A stretch of DNA of 32,000 bases from Patescibacteria group bacterium. Its GTDB lineage: Bacteria; Patescibacteriota; Minisyncoccia; UBA6257; HR35. Shown here one piece after another: positions 22,205-30,919 of this stretch. Position 1 is the stretch's first letter. Every line of letters begins with the position of its first letter. The stretch covers positions 9,269-41,268 of the forward strand of contig JAMCWY010000016.1 of the NCBI GenBank assembly GCA_023480925.1, read 5' to 3'. A program made the translations under genes and the position numbers. The notes under the pieces are model-generated. The model saw only the letters and a list, made by a program, of their open reading frames with translations. It was not told the origin of the DNA and made no database searches.

Positions 22205-22960
22205 TTATAAAATCGGCGTGAGAACGCGTGTTTCGTCTTTCAAAACAGCCACGGTTGCCTCAAAATGCGTCGCGATCGAATCGTCCGGCGTCTTAAAAAC
22301 AAAGTCGTCAACCGCCACGCCGTAATCGCTCGTCAAAGACGCCATTGGTTCAATCGTAAAAAACATTTCCGGTTTGATCTTGACGCCTTGACCCGGCTGG
22401 CCAAAATTTAAAACTTGGAGATTGCCGTGAATTTTTTCGCCGATATCATGACCGCAAAGATTTTTAATCGGCCAAAAACCCGCCCGGGTTAAAACTCGCT
22501 CGATCGCCGCGCCAACGTCGCCGATCGTTTTGCCCGGCCGACTGACCCTAATCGCCTCGGCCAAAGCCGCCTTGGTCTTATCGATTAAGGTCGAGACTTT
22601 TGGATCAAGTTCGCCAACGCCAACAGTCAAGGCGCTGTCTGAAAACATTTTTTTATACTCCAAACCAAGATCAAGCTTAACCACGTCGCCATCTTTAACG
22701 ACACGATCGGAGGGATAACCGTGAACAATCGTCTGATTAATCGAAAAACACAAAGTCGTCGGGTAAAAAGAACGAGCGAAAGGCGGCCGGTAATTTTTGA
22801 AGGCGGGCCGGCAACCAAAATCATAAATCAACTCTTCGGCCATTTTATTTAAAGCCAATCCATCGCGACCGGGCTTGACTTCGAGCGCCAAAGTTTTTAA
22901 AATCTGGGCGAGCTTGACGCCAGCCTCGGTCATAATTTCAAGTTTTTCTTCAAAAGTCAT
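22205..22960 (-). CDS. map: Methionine aminopeptidase, type I
   Basis: The MAP core starts at the internal Met at 22960 ([15 protein letters not shown]...). It contains the metal-ligand context VHG.P, D.V..D.G, HG.GH-type CGHDIG and TIEP. The upstream 69 codons of the track ORF are highly basic and low-complexity. Confidence 0.93.
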   Translation of the reverse strand: MTFEEKLEIMTEAGVKLAQILKTLALEVKPGRDGLALNKMAEELIYDFGCRPAFKNYRPPFARSFYPTTLCFSINQTIVHGYPSDRVVKDGDVVKLDLGLEYKKMFSDSALTVGVGELDPKVSTLIDKTKAALAEAIRVSRPGKTIGDVGAAIERVLTRAGFWPIKNLCGHDIGEKIHGNLQVLNFGQPGQGVKIKPEMFFTIEPMASLTSDYGVAVDDFVFKTPDDSIATHFEATVAVLKDETRVLTPIL

Positions 22961-23324
22961 CGGCTTGAAATATTTTTTTGATCGGCGCGACCTTGGTTGC
23001 TTCGATAAAAATCTCAAAAATTTTATCTTTGTTTTTTTGGACGAATAAAACTTTAATGTGCGAATTGCCAAAAATTTTCGCGTTCTTAAAAAACTCCGCT
23101 CTCGCCTTAGCTGAAACCGAATTGCTTTTAACCTGCCAAAATATATATTTTTTCTTTGTCGCGACAAAAGTCAAGCCGTCAAAAAAACGCCAAAAATCCT
23201 TAGTTAAATTGATTACCCGCGGCTTAAATTCGGTTTGGGCCGACGGGAAAGTTTTCTCGAGAAATAAAGTGAATTCTTTCTCAGTCCGGCGGCCGCGGGC
23301 CGAACTATTTTTCCGCCGTTTCAT
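22950..23324 (-). CDS. Small hypothetical protein, possibly a PD-(D/E)xK nuclease fold (archaeal Hjc-like)
   Basis: 124-aa ORF filling the ppa-map gap. It overlaps ppa by 20 nt and map by 11 nt. Its motif order G..TEKEF..FLEK ... [18 protein letters not shown] ... [10 protein letters not shown]...KVLFV parallels Hjc (G...ERE...LLEK ... VDL.A.....IEVK ... F...FGG.P.LAVKF). The assignment comes from memory-based alignment only. Confidence 0.45.
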   Translation of the reverse strand: MKRRKNSSARGRRTEKEFTLFLEKTFPSAQTEFKPRVINLTKDFWRFFDGLTFVATKKKYIFWQVKSNSVSAKARAEFFKNAKIFGNSHIKVLFVQKNKDKIFEIFIEATKVAPIKKIFQADDF

Positions 23325-23841
23325 TGGCTCGTTTCAACGCCTCTGAAACCGCCCGGATCGCCTCAGCTCGACCAAGCCAATTTTTAACCTTAACCCATTT
23401 GCCCGGCTCAAGCGTTTTATAGTTTTCAAAAAAATGTTTTATTTTGTTTTTGATTGGCTCAGCCAAATCATTAATATCTTCAACTTGGCCGAAAACCGGA
23501 TCAATCTTTATTACTGGCACGGAAATAATTTTTGTGTCAATGCCAGCCTCGTCCTCCATCGCCAACATTCCGATCGGCTTAACGCCGATGAGTGTGCCTG
23601 GCATAAACTCCAAATCGGCCAAAACCAAAATATCGATCGGATCGCCGTCCTCGGCCAACGTCCCTGGGATAAAACCATAATTGAAGGGATAACCCATGGC
23701 CGTGTGAAGAAATCGGTCAACAACCAAAACGCCGCTGTCTTTGTCAAGTTCGTATTTAACATTGCTGCCCTTGACAATCTCAATCAGAGCGTTAACTTCT
23801 TCGGGCGGCTTTTTGCCACTGCTTATTTTTAATATGTTCAT
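23305..23841 (-). CDS. ppa: Inorganic pyrophosphatase, family I
   Basis: 178 aa with IE..KGS.VKYE.DK.SG.L.VDR.L......YP.NYGFIP.TL..DGDP.D.LV. Confidence 0.95.
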   Translation of the reverse strand: MNILKISSGKKPPEEVNALIEIVKGSNVKYELDKDSGVLVVDRFLHTAMGYPFNYGFIPGTLAEDGDPIDILVLADLEFMPGTLIGVKPIGMLAMEDEAGIDTKIISVPVIKIDPVFGQVEDINDLAEPIKNKIKHFFENYKTLEPGKWVKVKNWLGRAEAIRAVSEALKRANETAEK

Positions 23842-23862
23842 ATTGTCTTTTTGTCTTCGATT

Positions 23863-25047
23863 TCACTCATTCGAGGAAACTTCCGACTGATCTGATTCAA
23901 CTCCATCAGCCTCAAGTTCGACCGCGTCTTCCGGTTCAACCTCAACCACGCCGCCGGCGACGACTGCTTCAGGTTCATCAGCCAAACGAACGTCAATCTT
24001 CCAACCGGTCAGAGTGGCGGCCAATTTAATGTTCTGGCCGTTTCGACCAAGCGCGATCGGCAACTGATCTTCGGAAACAAGAACTTTGGCTGTCCGTTTC
24101 GGCATTATTTCAACGCCCAAACATTTTGCCGGCAACATTGAATTTTTAATATACTCGGCCGGATCTTCGGACCAAGGAATAATATCAATACGCTCGTTAC
24201 TAAGCTCGTTGATGATGGCGACAACTCGAGCGCCGCGCGGACCGATACAAGAACCAACCGCGTCAACACCTTTAACATTTGAAAAAATCGAAACTTTTGT
24301 TCTCGTCCCGGCCAATCTGGCCACGCCCTTAATTTCGATCAGACCCTCGGAAACTTCCGGCACCTCCATCTTCAAAATCGCCGGAACAAAAAGAGGATTG
24401 GACCGGGAAACGTAAACTTCAACCCCGCGAGGCGTGTTTTCAATCGCGTAAACATAAAAACGCAGACGCTGACCGACCCGATAAATTTCACCCGGAATCG
24501 TTTCGGATCGAAAAAGAATACCTGTAGTCTTGCCCAAATCGACAAAAATATTTTTATTTTCAATTCTTTGAATCGTGCCGGTGACAACGCCGCCCTCTTT
24601 TTCTTTATAAACGTTAAAGATAACGTTTTTTTCCATCTCTCTCAATTTTTGGACAATAACTTGTTTGGCGGTCTGAGCGGCAATCCGGCTGAATTTTTCT
24701 TCGTTCGGCAAAGCCAGCGAGACTTCAAGACCAAATTCAAGGCTGTTTCTCTTGACCGGCTCGATTAGATCTTTGGCGTCGTTTAAAAAAATATGGCGGC
24801 GGGTATTAAACTTGATCGTTTTATTTTCAACCTCATTTGGATCAATAATAGTTTTGACCAGACTGAAACCAACCTGGCCGGTTTTCGGATCAATTTTCGC
24901 CTCGATCCGATCGTCGCGATCGCCGTAATCTTTTTTATAGGCCGCGGCCAAAGCGTCAGCCAAAACATCGTTAACTTGGTCTTCGCTCAAACCCTTGGCT
25001 TCGGAAATTTGGAGAATAAAACTTTGGATTGTTTTAATATTTAACAT
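23863..25047 (-). CDS. nusA: Transcription termination/antitermination factor NusA (no C-terminal AR repeats, acidic tail)
   Basis: 394 aa with the NusA N-domain, an S1 domain (GGVVTGTIQRIE.KNIFVDLG) and two KH domains (GTRTKV...GVDAVGSCIGPRGARV; GRNGQN..LA..LTGWKIDV). Confidence 0.95.
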   Translation of the reverse strand: MLNIKTIQSFILQISEAKGLSEDQVNDVLADALAAAYKKDYGDRDDRIEAKIDPKTGQVGFSLVKTIIDPNEVENKTIKFNTRRHIFLNDAKDLIEPVKRNSLEFGLEVSLALPNEEKFSRIAAQTAKQVIVQKLREMEKNVIFNVYKEKEGGVVTGTIQRIENKNIFVDLGKTTGILFRSETIPGEIYRVGQRLRFYVYAIENTPRGVEVYVSRSNPLFVPAILKMEVPEVSEGLIEIKGVARLAGTRTKVSIFSNVKGVDAVGSCIGPRGARVVAIINELSNERIDIIPWSEDPAEYIKNSMLPAKCLGVEIMPKRTAKVLVSEDQLPIALGRNGQNIKLAATLTGWKIDVRLADEPEAVVAGGVVEVEPEDAVELEADGVESDQSEVSSNE

Positions 25048-25056
25048 TATTTTTTA

Positions 25057-25065
25057 ATTATACCA
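25057..25065 (-). promoter_or_regulatory. Extended -10 element TGGTATAAT 9 nt upstream of the nusA ATG (leaderless-type)
   Basis: The minus strand reads TGGTATAAT-TAAAAAATA-ATG. Confidence 0.45.
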
Positions 25066-25140
25066 CAAAGGCTGATTTTAAGCCAAAAAACATGACTTTA
25101 ACCTTGAATTTAATTTTAAAAATTCAAACTTACTTAGCCA

Positions 25141-25168
25141 TTGGTTCGAACCTGATTCAAAGTATAAT
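25141..25168 (+). promoter_or_regulatory. Putative sigma70 promoter for the 25206 gene
   Basis: TTGGTT (25141-25146), a 16-nt spacer, then TATAAT (25163-25168). Confidence 0.45.
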
Positions 25169-25205
25169 TATAATTTAAATTTAAACTTTAATCCAAATCG
25201 GACCG

Positions 25206-26396
25206 ATGAAAAAAAACAAAGCGGGCATTAATCCTTTGATCTTATTCTTTTTTATTCTCTTTGTTATCTCGTGGGCTGTTTTTTATTATTTTGTTTTTCG
25301 CTACAAGGCCGTACCGGTTTTCAATCAACCCAACGGGATCCAACCTTCGAGCAACTCCGTCTTGCCGCCGAAAACATTTTTTCCGTTTTTAGACAAGAAT
25401 TTAAAAAAAATTCTGACGTTTTTAACCCCGAACGCGGACGCAGCCTCAAACTCTTTCCCCAATCCCGGCTTGACCACGAACATCTCGGCCAAACTTCCTT
25501 TCGGCGCGACGATTGAAACCAATCAGGTCAATTTTCAACTTTCCGGTCAAGACCAAAACAATCCCAACGCCCAGATTTATTTTCAATACTTTCTCTTCCC
25601 TTTCGAATCAAGCCTTCAGACGACTTACGGCGATTCGGCCTATTATTATAACTTACCCAACTTGGCTCGAACATACTTATTTTTCGCTCGGGCCGCTGAT
25701 AATTACGGCTACTCAACCCAACCAAAATTTTATATTTTCTCCACCAAAATATCACCCTATTACAAACAGGTTTATTTTTCCGCCAGCGGCGACGGCAAAA
25801 CAATTTGGCTCTCAAACGCCAGCCAGAAAAAAATCGACATCACTGGCTGGACGATAAAAAGCATGTATGATAACGCGACTATTCCCCAAGGCGTTTATTA
25901 TGTCGATCCTTATTTTTCCAATGTCAGCGCCGATATTGTCTTGAACCCGGGCGAAAACGCCACCCTCTACGCGACCAACTCGCCGATCGGCATCAGCTAC
26001 AAACCAAACGAGTGTTTCAGTTATCTCCAACCGTTTTATAGCGTCAATTCTTTCGGCGGCGCCTACTGTCCTTATAACGAAAGTCAAACACTTATCCAAT
26101 TGAAACAAAACTACAACTTCTCCAACCAGTGCCTGAACGCGATTCAAGAACTTGATTGCTCTTTAAATAATTCTTACGCTCTTAAATCAATTCTAAGCGA
26201 CTACGCCTGCGCCAATTTTGTTTTTAATCACTTTACTTACTCAGCCTGTTACGCCAGCCACCGCGACGATTCCAACTTTCTTGAAAGTGGCTGGTCAATC
26301 TATCTTCCGGTTAGCCGATTTAACCAGTCCCGTTATGATGTCGTCAAACTCTATGATCGCGCCGGCTTGCTTGTCAACAGCCAGACAATCTATTAA
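25206..26396 (+). CDS. Secreted or membrane-anchored protein with an Ig-like (Y_Y_Y-type) segment, a lamin-tail-domain-like segment and a Cys-rich C-terminus
   Basis: 396 aa with an N-terminal TM/signal (LILFFFILFVISWAVFYYFVF). The segment IYFQYFLF....YYYNLPNLARTYLFFARAADNYGY resembles Y_Y_Y/Ig-like repeats. The segment IWLSNASQKKIDITGWTIKS...IVLNPGENATLYA resembles the lamin tail domain. Seven Cys residues occur in the last ~130 aa. Confidence 0.5.
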   Translation: MKKNKAGINPLILFFFILFVISWAVFYYFVFRYKAVPVFNQPNGIQPSSNSVLPPKTFFPFLDKNLKKILTFLTPNADAASNSFPNPGLTTNISAKLPFGATIETNQVNFQLSGQDQNNPNAQIYFQYFLFPFESSLQTTYGDSAYYYNLPNLARTYLFFARAADNYGYSTQPKFYIFSTKISPYYKQVYFSASGDGKTIWLSNASQKKIDITGWTIKSMYDNATIPQGVYYVDPYFSNVSADIVLNPGENATLYATNSPIGISYKPNECFSYLQPFYSVNSFGGAYCPYNESQTLIQLKQNYNFSNQCLNAIQELDCSLNNSYALKSILSDYACANFVFNHFTYSACYASHRDDSNFLESGWSIYLPVSRFNQSRYDVVKLYDRAGLLVNSQTIY

Positions 26397-26523
26397 ATCA
26401 ATCGCTCAGCCAATGGACTCTTAAAATAAGATTCGATTTAGTCGGGATCGGTTTCACTTAATCCAAACCAAATAATTAAAACGATTGAAAATTTATTTTC
26501 AGTTTTGATTTTTGTTTTTATTT

Positions 26524-27507
26524 TTAAATTTTATGATTATCGCTGTCGGGATTAATTTCCCGATAAATTTCAACCAATAAAACAATCAGGGGCAAGATCG
26601 CCAACATACCCAAAATCCCGCCGACTCTCGCGCCAATCAAAATTCCAAGCAAGGTAAAAACCGGAGAGATCGCGACGGCTTTTTTCATTACGACCGGCAC
26701 TAAAAATTTATTTTCCAACTCCTGAATAACGAAGAATCCGATCAAAACGAGAAAAACAACCTCGAACTTTGTCGCCAAAGTGATAACTAAAGCCAAACTG
26801 GCGGCGATAATGGGCCCCAAGACAGGGATAATTTCAGTCAAACCGGCAATGACACCAATCAGAATCGCGTTCGGCACTTTCAAAATCGTCATCAGCAGAT
26901 AAACAACTAAACCAATTATCAGCATTAAAAAAACTTGGCCGGCGAACCAAAATGAAAATTTTTTTCTAATTCGCCGCCAGAGCGATTCAACCCTGGGCCT
27001 GTTTTTAATCGGCAGAAAATTAATAATCTGGCTGGAAAGATGCTGCTGGGTGGCGACGTAAAAAGACAGAATAAAAATTAAAATCGCCGAGATAACTCCG
27101 TCGAAAATATTTTTTATAACCAAACCGAAATTAAACCGCGGCAAATTTTGAAAAACGGATTTAAACAAATCGATGGTGTGATCTTGGATTTTAAAATTTG
27201 ACGACAGCTCGGTCAAAAATAAATCAAGATTAGGTTGGATGTTTTTAATTTCCGAAAAAATAATCGGAATAAGATAGTAAAGCGACCAAACCAGGAGAAC
27301 AACCAAGATCAAATAGATGATTAAAACATTAATTAAAAAAGGCAGTTTGAATTTCGATTTTAACCATAAAGCCCAAACTTGGATGGCCGAGCCAAGAACA
27401 ACCGCGATAAAAAAAATCAAAAAGATGCTTTTAAAAAACCAAACGGCCAAAATCGCGACCGGGACCAACCAGAAAATTAAACTCGCCTTGAATGAATTAT
27501 TTGTCAT
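26524..27507 (-). CDS. AI-2E family transporter (PerM/UPF0118-type permease)
   Basis: 327 aa and multi-TM, with the characteristic G.TEIIPVLGPIIA segment. Confidence 0.75.
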   Translation of the reverse strand: MTNNSFKASLIFWLVPVAILAVWFFKSIFLIFFIAVVLGSAIQVWALWLKSKFKLPFLINVLIIYLILVVLLVWSLYYLIPIIFSEIKNIQPNLDLFLTELSSNFKIQDHTIDLFKSVFQNLPRFNFGLVIKNIFDGVISAILIFILSFYVATQQHLSSQIINFLPIKNRPRVESLWRRIRKKFSFWFAGQVFLMLIIGLVVYLLMTILKVPNAILIGVIAGLTEIIPVLGPIIAASLALVITLATKFEVVFLVLIGFFVIQELENKFLVPVVMKKAVAISPVFTLLGILIGARVGGILGMLAILPLIVLLVEIYREINPDSDNHKI

Positions 27508-27557
27508 AACAAAAACAAACGGCCCAAACCGATAAATATCTTTGATATATTATAACC

Positions 27558-28841
27558 CTAAAAATTAGCGAAGGTCTGGTTAAGATTGAAATCAAGCGGC
27601 TCGGGTAAGATCAAAACAACGTTGGTTTTTTGCCGGCGCAGAGTCAGTTCCGCTTCTTTTTGAACAGCCTCGGCGTTAACCTGATTAATTTTTTTTATCA
27701 ACTCCTTGACTAAAACGATTTTTTTCTCGAAAAGATAATTCTCGCCGGTGAAACGGCCAATCGTGTCTGACGTTTCGGTCGCGACCGAAATTTGATTTTT
27801 GATAATCGTCTTGGCTTTTTCCAACTCGGCCGGATCGATTTTTTCAACTTTGATCCGGACAAGTTCGTCTTTGATCGCTTCGATAATTTTTTTTAGCCGT
27901 TTTAAATCGGCGCCGGTTTGAATGTAAAAATAACCGCGATTGGAAAAAATATTGGTGTCGGCGGAAAGATAATAGGTCGCGCCAAGCTCTTGACGCAAAA
28001 GTGAAAACAGGCGCGAACTGAAACCGGCGCCCAAAACCGCCGCGAGCAAACTTAAAGAATAACGCCGATCCTTTAAACGATCAAGGCCGTCGGTCCGAAA
28101 AGAAAAAAGAAGGTGAGCTTGTTTTAAATCTTTTTTGAGCTGGGTTAGTTTCTGAAAATCTTTTTGTTTTTGAACAAACGGCCGGCGTTCAAGGGCGGCG
28201 GTTTTTCGATAAGATTGAAATTTCGCTTCAATTGTTTTAAAAACTTTCGTCTGGTTAAAATTACCCGAGACGATCACGACTGTGTTCTTGACCGAATAGT
28301 GATTTTGAACGTATCTTAAAATATCAGCCTGATTAATCCTGGTAATCGTCTCTTTTGGGCCAAGAATCGGCCAACCAGCCGGCTGATCGCCGTAAATTAA
28401 CCTTAAATTCAAGTCATGAATAAAACGAGTAGGCGTGTCAAAATTGTAGTTAATTTCCTCTAAAACAACCTTACGCTCTTTCTCTAGTTCGGCCTGATCG
28501 AAAATTGGTTCGGTCAACATATCGGCCAAGAGTTCGACCCCGCGCGGGCAGTACTCGGGAATGGTTTTGATGTAATAGCCGGTTAGTTCATAGGAGGTGA
28601 AGGCGTTATACTCGGCGCCAATCTTATCGAGTTCGAGCGAAAGAGCGAGCGGCGTTGGATAAGACTTACTGCCCTTAAAAAAAACATGCTCGATCAAGTG
28701 GGAGATGCCGTTGATTGATTTTGATTCAAAGTCGGTGCCGGTTTTGACTAAAACCAAAACCGTGGCGGTGTTATAATTTTCCGCTTGATAAAAAATAACC
28801 GGCAGGCCACTCTTTGTTTTAAGTATTTTCGGTTTAGCCAT
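27558..28841 (-). CDS. M16-family (pitrilysin/insulinase-like) zinc peptidase
   Basis: 427 aa with the inverted zinc motif HLIEH in GISHLIEHVFFKGS. The downstream E in the EYNAFTS context and the two-domain length both fit M16. Confidence 0.85.
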   Translation of the reverse strand: MAKPKILKTKSGLPVIFYQAENYNTATVLVLVKTGTDFESKSINGISHLIEHVFFKGSKSYPTPLALSLELDKIGAEYNAFTSYELTGYYIKTIPEYCPRGVELLADMLTEPIFDQAELEKERKVVLEEINYNFDTPTRFIHDLNLRLIYGDQPAGWPILGPKETITRINQADILRYVQNHYSVKNTVVIVSGNFNQTKVFKTIEAKFQSYRKTAALERRPFVQKQKDFQKLTQLKKDLKQAHLLFSFRTDGLDRLKDRRYSLSLLAAVLGAGFSSRLFSLLRQELGATYYLSADTNIFSNRGYFYIQTGADLKRLKKIIEAIKDELVRIKVEKIDPAELEKAKTIIKNQISVATETSDTIGRFTGENYLFEKKIVLVKELIKKINQVNAEAVQKEAELTLRRQKTNVVLILPEPLDFNLNQTFANF

Positions 28842-28918
28842 AATTGAGAATTAAAAATCGAATTTTAAAATTTAATTTCAGACTAAGATCGGTTGAAATT
28901 TGGGTTAAAAAACGCGGA

Positions 28919-29224
28919 TTAAACCGTCGTCTGAACTTCAGCCTCGTTTTTTTCCTTCAACTTGATCGCGACCGGACGTTTTTTGCCAATGATAATTTTG
29001 TTTTTGATGAGCAAGTTCCAAACCGAATCGCTTGCTTCGGCGCCGTGATCAAGGTAAAAACGAATCTGGTCCGATTTAAACGCGCCTTTTTTCAAACGAG
29101 GATCCCACCAACCCAGCTGGTGGTTAATCGTGCGGCCGGCCAACTTACTTCTTTTCTCTTGCAAAACCAGCTGATAAGTTTTCTGGTGCCTTTTTCCGAT
29201 TAATCTAAATTTCAAAGTAAGCAT
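28919..29224 (-). CDS. rpsP: 30S ribosomal protein S16
   Basis: 101 aa with M...K.RL...G.......Y..V......K..GR.I...G.WDP and YL..GA..SD.V..LL. Confidence 0.9.
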   Translation of the reverse strand: MLTLKFRLIGKRHQKTYQLVLQEKRSKLAGRTINHQLGWWDPRLKKGAFKSDQIRFYLDHGAEASDSVWNLLIKNKIIIGKKRPVAIKLKEKNEAEVQTTV

Positions 29225-29232
29225 TTTTTAAA

Positions 29233-29583
29233 TTAAACAAACTCGATCAAGCTTAATTCGGCCGCGTCGTGTTTTCGTGGCAACGGCAGTTTAATCACTC
29301 GCAAATAACCGCCGGCCCGATTTTTGTATTTCGGCGCGATTTCGTTAAACAACTTAAAGGCCGAAGCCTTAGGTAGGCGATCGAGCAGATACCGCAAACC
29401 GGCCAAGTCGTTCTTTTTCGCCCGGGTCAACCAACGCTCGACTGTCTTCTTTAGAAATTTCGTTCGGGCCGAGGTTGATCGAATTCTACCCTTCATAATC
29501 AAAGCATGAGCCATGCTTCTAATTAAGGCTTGGCGCTGATCTCGCGGGCGATGAAATTTTTTAGTCGCTTGCAGATGCCTCAT
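29233..29583 (-). CDS. rplQ: 50S ribosomal protein L17
   Basis: 116 aa with MRH.....K..R....R.AL.R......I....I.T...RAK, and GGY.R. Overlaps the rpoA end by 23 nt. Confidence 0.95.
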   Translation of the reverse strand: MRHLQATKKFHRPRDQRQALIRSMAHALIMKGRIRSTSARTKFLKKTVERWLTRAKKNDLAGLRYLLDRLPKASAFKLFNEIAPKYKNRAGGYLRVIKLPLPRKHDAAELSLIEFV

Positions 29584-30271
29584 TGATAATATTCAAATGT
29601 TTAGAGATAATTTCGATCGCTTGGACCATGGCCGCGGTCGGCGTAATCGTCCCGTCGCTTTCGATGGCCAAACGAAGGAGATTGAAATCCGTTCGCTTGC
29701 CCACTTTAATTTCGTCCAATTCGAAAGAAACATTTCGGATCGGTGAAAAGATCGCGTCCAAAACGATCAAGCCCGGTTCAACCTCGCGCTCTTCCCGGTC
29801 TTCGGCCCGAGAATAACCCAAGCCCGACTCGGCCGTTAATCTCATTTTTAACTCGGCCTTGTCTGTGGTCAAAGTCGCGATGACCAAATCCGGGTTAGCA
29901 ATAACCATATTATTCGGGCCCTTAATTTCGCCAGCCCGAACTTCTTTTTTTCCTTTCGCCTCGAGCGTTAGTTCAACCTCGGCCGAACCGGTATAACCAA
30001 CTCGAAGTTGTTTTAAATTCAAAGTCAAATCCAAAATATCTTCCAAAACGCCGGGCAGGTTGGCAAACTCGTGCAGGACGTTTTCAATCTTAACCTTAGT
30101 AATGCCCCAGCCTGGAATTGATGAAAGCAAAACCCGACGCAAAAGATTGCCGATAGTCGTGCCATAGCCGGGATAAAGCGGCGCGATTTCAAAAACAGCC
30201 GTGTTGCCTTCGGCCGAGACTAATTTTGGCGAATTGGGATAAACTAATTCGTTAATCATCTTTAAGTTCAA
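29561..30271 (-). CDS. rpoA: DNA-directed RNA polymerase alpha subunit, N-terminal domain only (no alpha-CTD)
   Basis: 236 aa with G.T.GN.LRR.LLSSIPG, V.I..VLHEF, and F.PI..V...........RTD...L...I..DG.I.P. It ends just after the NTD, and the stop lies inside rplQ. The start is TTG at 30271 or ATG at 30259. Confidence 0.9.
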   Translation of the reverse strand: MNLKMINELVYPNSPKLVSAEGNTAVFEIAPLYPGYGTTIGNLLRRVLLSSIPGWGITKVKIENVLHEFANLPGVLEDILDLTLNLKQLRVGYTGSAEVELTLEAKGKKEVRAGEIKGPNNMVIANPDLVIATLTTDKAELKMRLTAESGLGYSRAEDREEREVEPGLIVLDAIFSPIRNVSFELDEIKVGKRTDFNLLRLAIESDGTITPTAAMVQAIEIISKHLNIINEASASD

Positions 30272-30286
30272 ATATATTTTAATCTT

Positions 30287-30919
30287 TTAATCGCGACTAA
30301 AACGGGTGTAAAAATCTATGACTAATTTAAAATCAAACGGCAGTTGTGTTTCCTCGATTTCGGCCAAACGCGCCACTTCGGCTTGATGAAGATTTGGCTG
30401 AATCTTTAACCAAGCCGGCTGATTTGACTTCTGCCACTTGGCCGCCAAACCCTTGAACAACGGACTTGATTGGCTTTTTTCTTTTAGCTCAATCCGGTCG
30501 CCCGGATTAACCAAATAGGAAGCAAGGTTAATTTTCCGGCCATTGACCAAAAAATGACCGTGACTAACCAACTGCCTCGCCGTTGTCCGGGCCGGAGCAA
30601 ATCCAGCCAACCAAACAACATTGTCCAAACGTCGCTCCAGGATCTTGACCAAGCCGACCGGCGCCGGATCTTTGCCTTTTAAAATTTTCTTGACGTAATT
30701 TTTTAACTGGTTTTCTTTAATCAGATAATAAAATTTTATTTTTTGCTTCTCCAGCAAACGCCGGCCGTAAGCGGAAACATTGTGAGGCCGCTGACCGTGC
30801 TGGCCTGGCCTCGTCTTCCTTCTCTGCAAAGCACACTTATTCGACAAACATCTTTCATTCAGCATCATCTTCTGGCCAACCTTCCGACAAATTTTACACT
30901 TTTTCACAGCTAAGGGCAT
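30287..30919 (-). CDS. rpsD: 30S ribosomal protein S4 (N-terminal Cys4 zinc-finger form)
   Basis: 210 aa with CKICRKVGQKMMLNERCLSNKC at the N-terminus and an S4 RNA-binding domain (RLDNVV...GFA.....ARQLV.HGH..VNG...N..SY.V..GD). Confidence 0.95.
   Translation of the reverse strand: MPLAVKKCKICRKVGQKMMLNERCLSNKCALQRRKTRPGQHGQRPHNVSAYGRRLLEKQKIKFYYLIKENQLKNYVKKILKGKDPAPVGLVKILERRLDNVVWLAGFAPARTTARQLVSHGHFLVNGRKINLASYLVNPGDRIELKEKSQSSPLFKGLAAKWQKSNQPAWLKIQPNLHQAEVARLAEIEETQLPFDFKLVIDFYTRFSRD

Noticed and set aside
22961-23167. 69-codon N-terminal extension of map (track ORF 22205-23167), and the antisense ORF 22978-23346
   Set aside because: The extension is extremely basic and repetitive ([21 protein letters not shown]...), unlike any MAP N-terminus. 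The MAP core begins at 22960. The antisense ORF has poor composition. The 124-aa same-strand ORF explains the open frames better.
25139-25152. tRNA-like T-arm sequence GGTTCGAACC
   Set aside because: This is an isolated palindrome in an AT-rich promoter region. No acceptor, D or anticodon arms can be drawn. The only genuine tRNA-like 3' end in the window belongs to the tmRNA.
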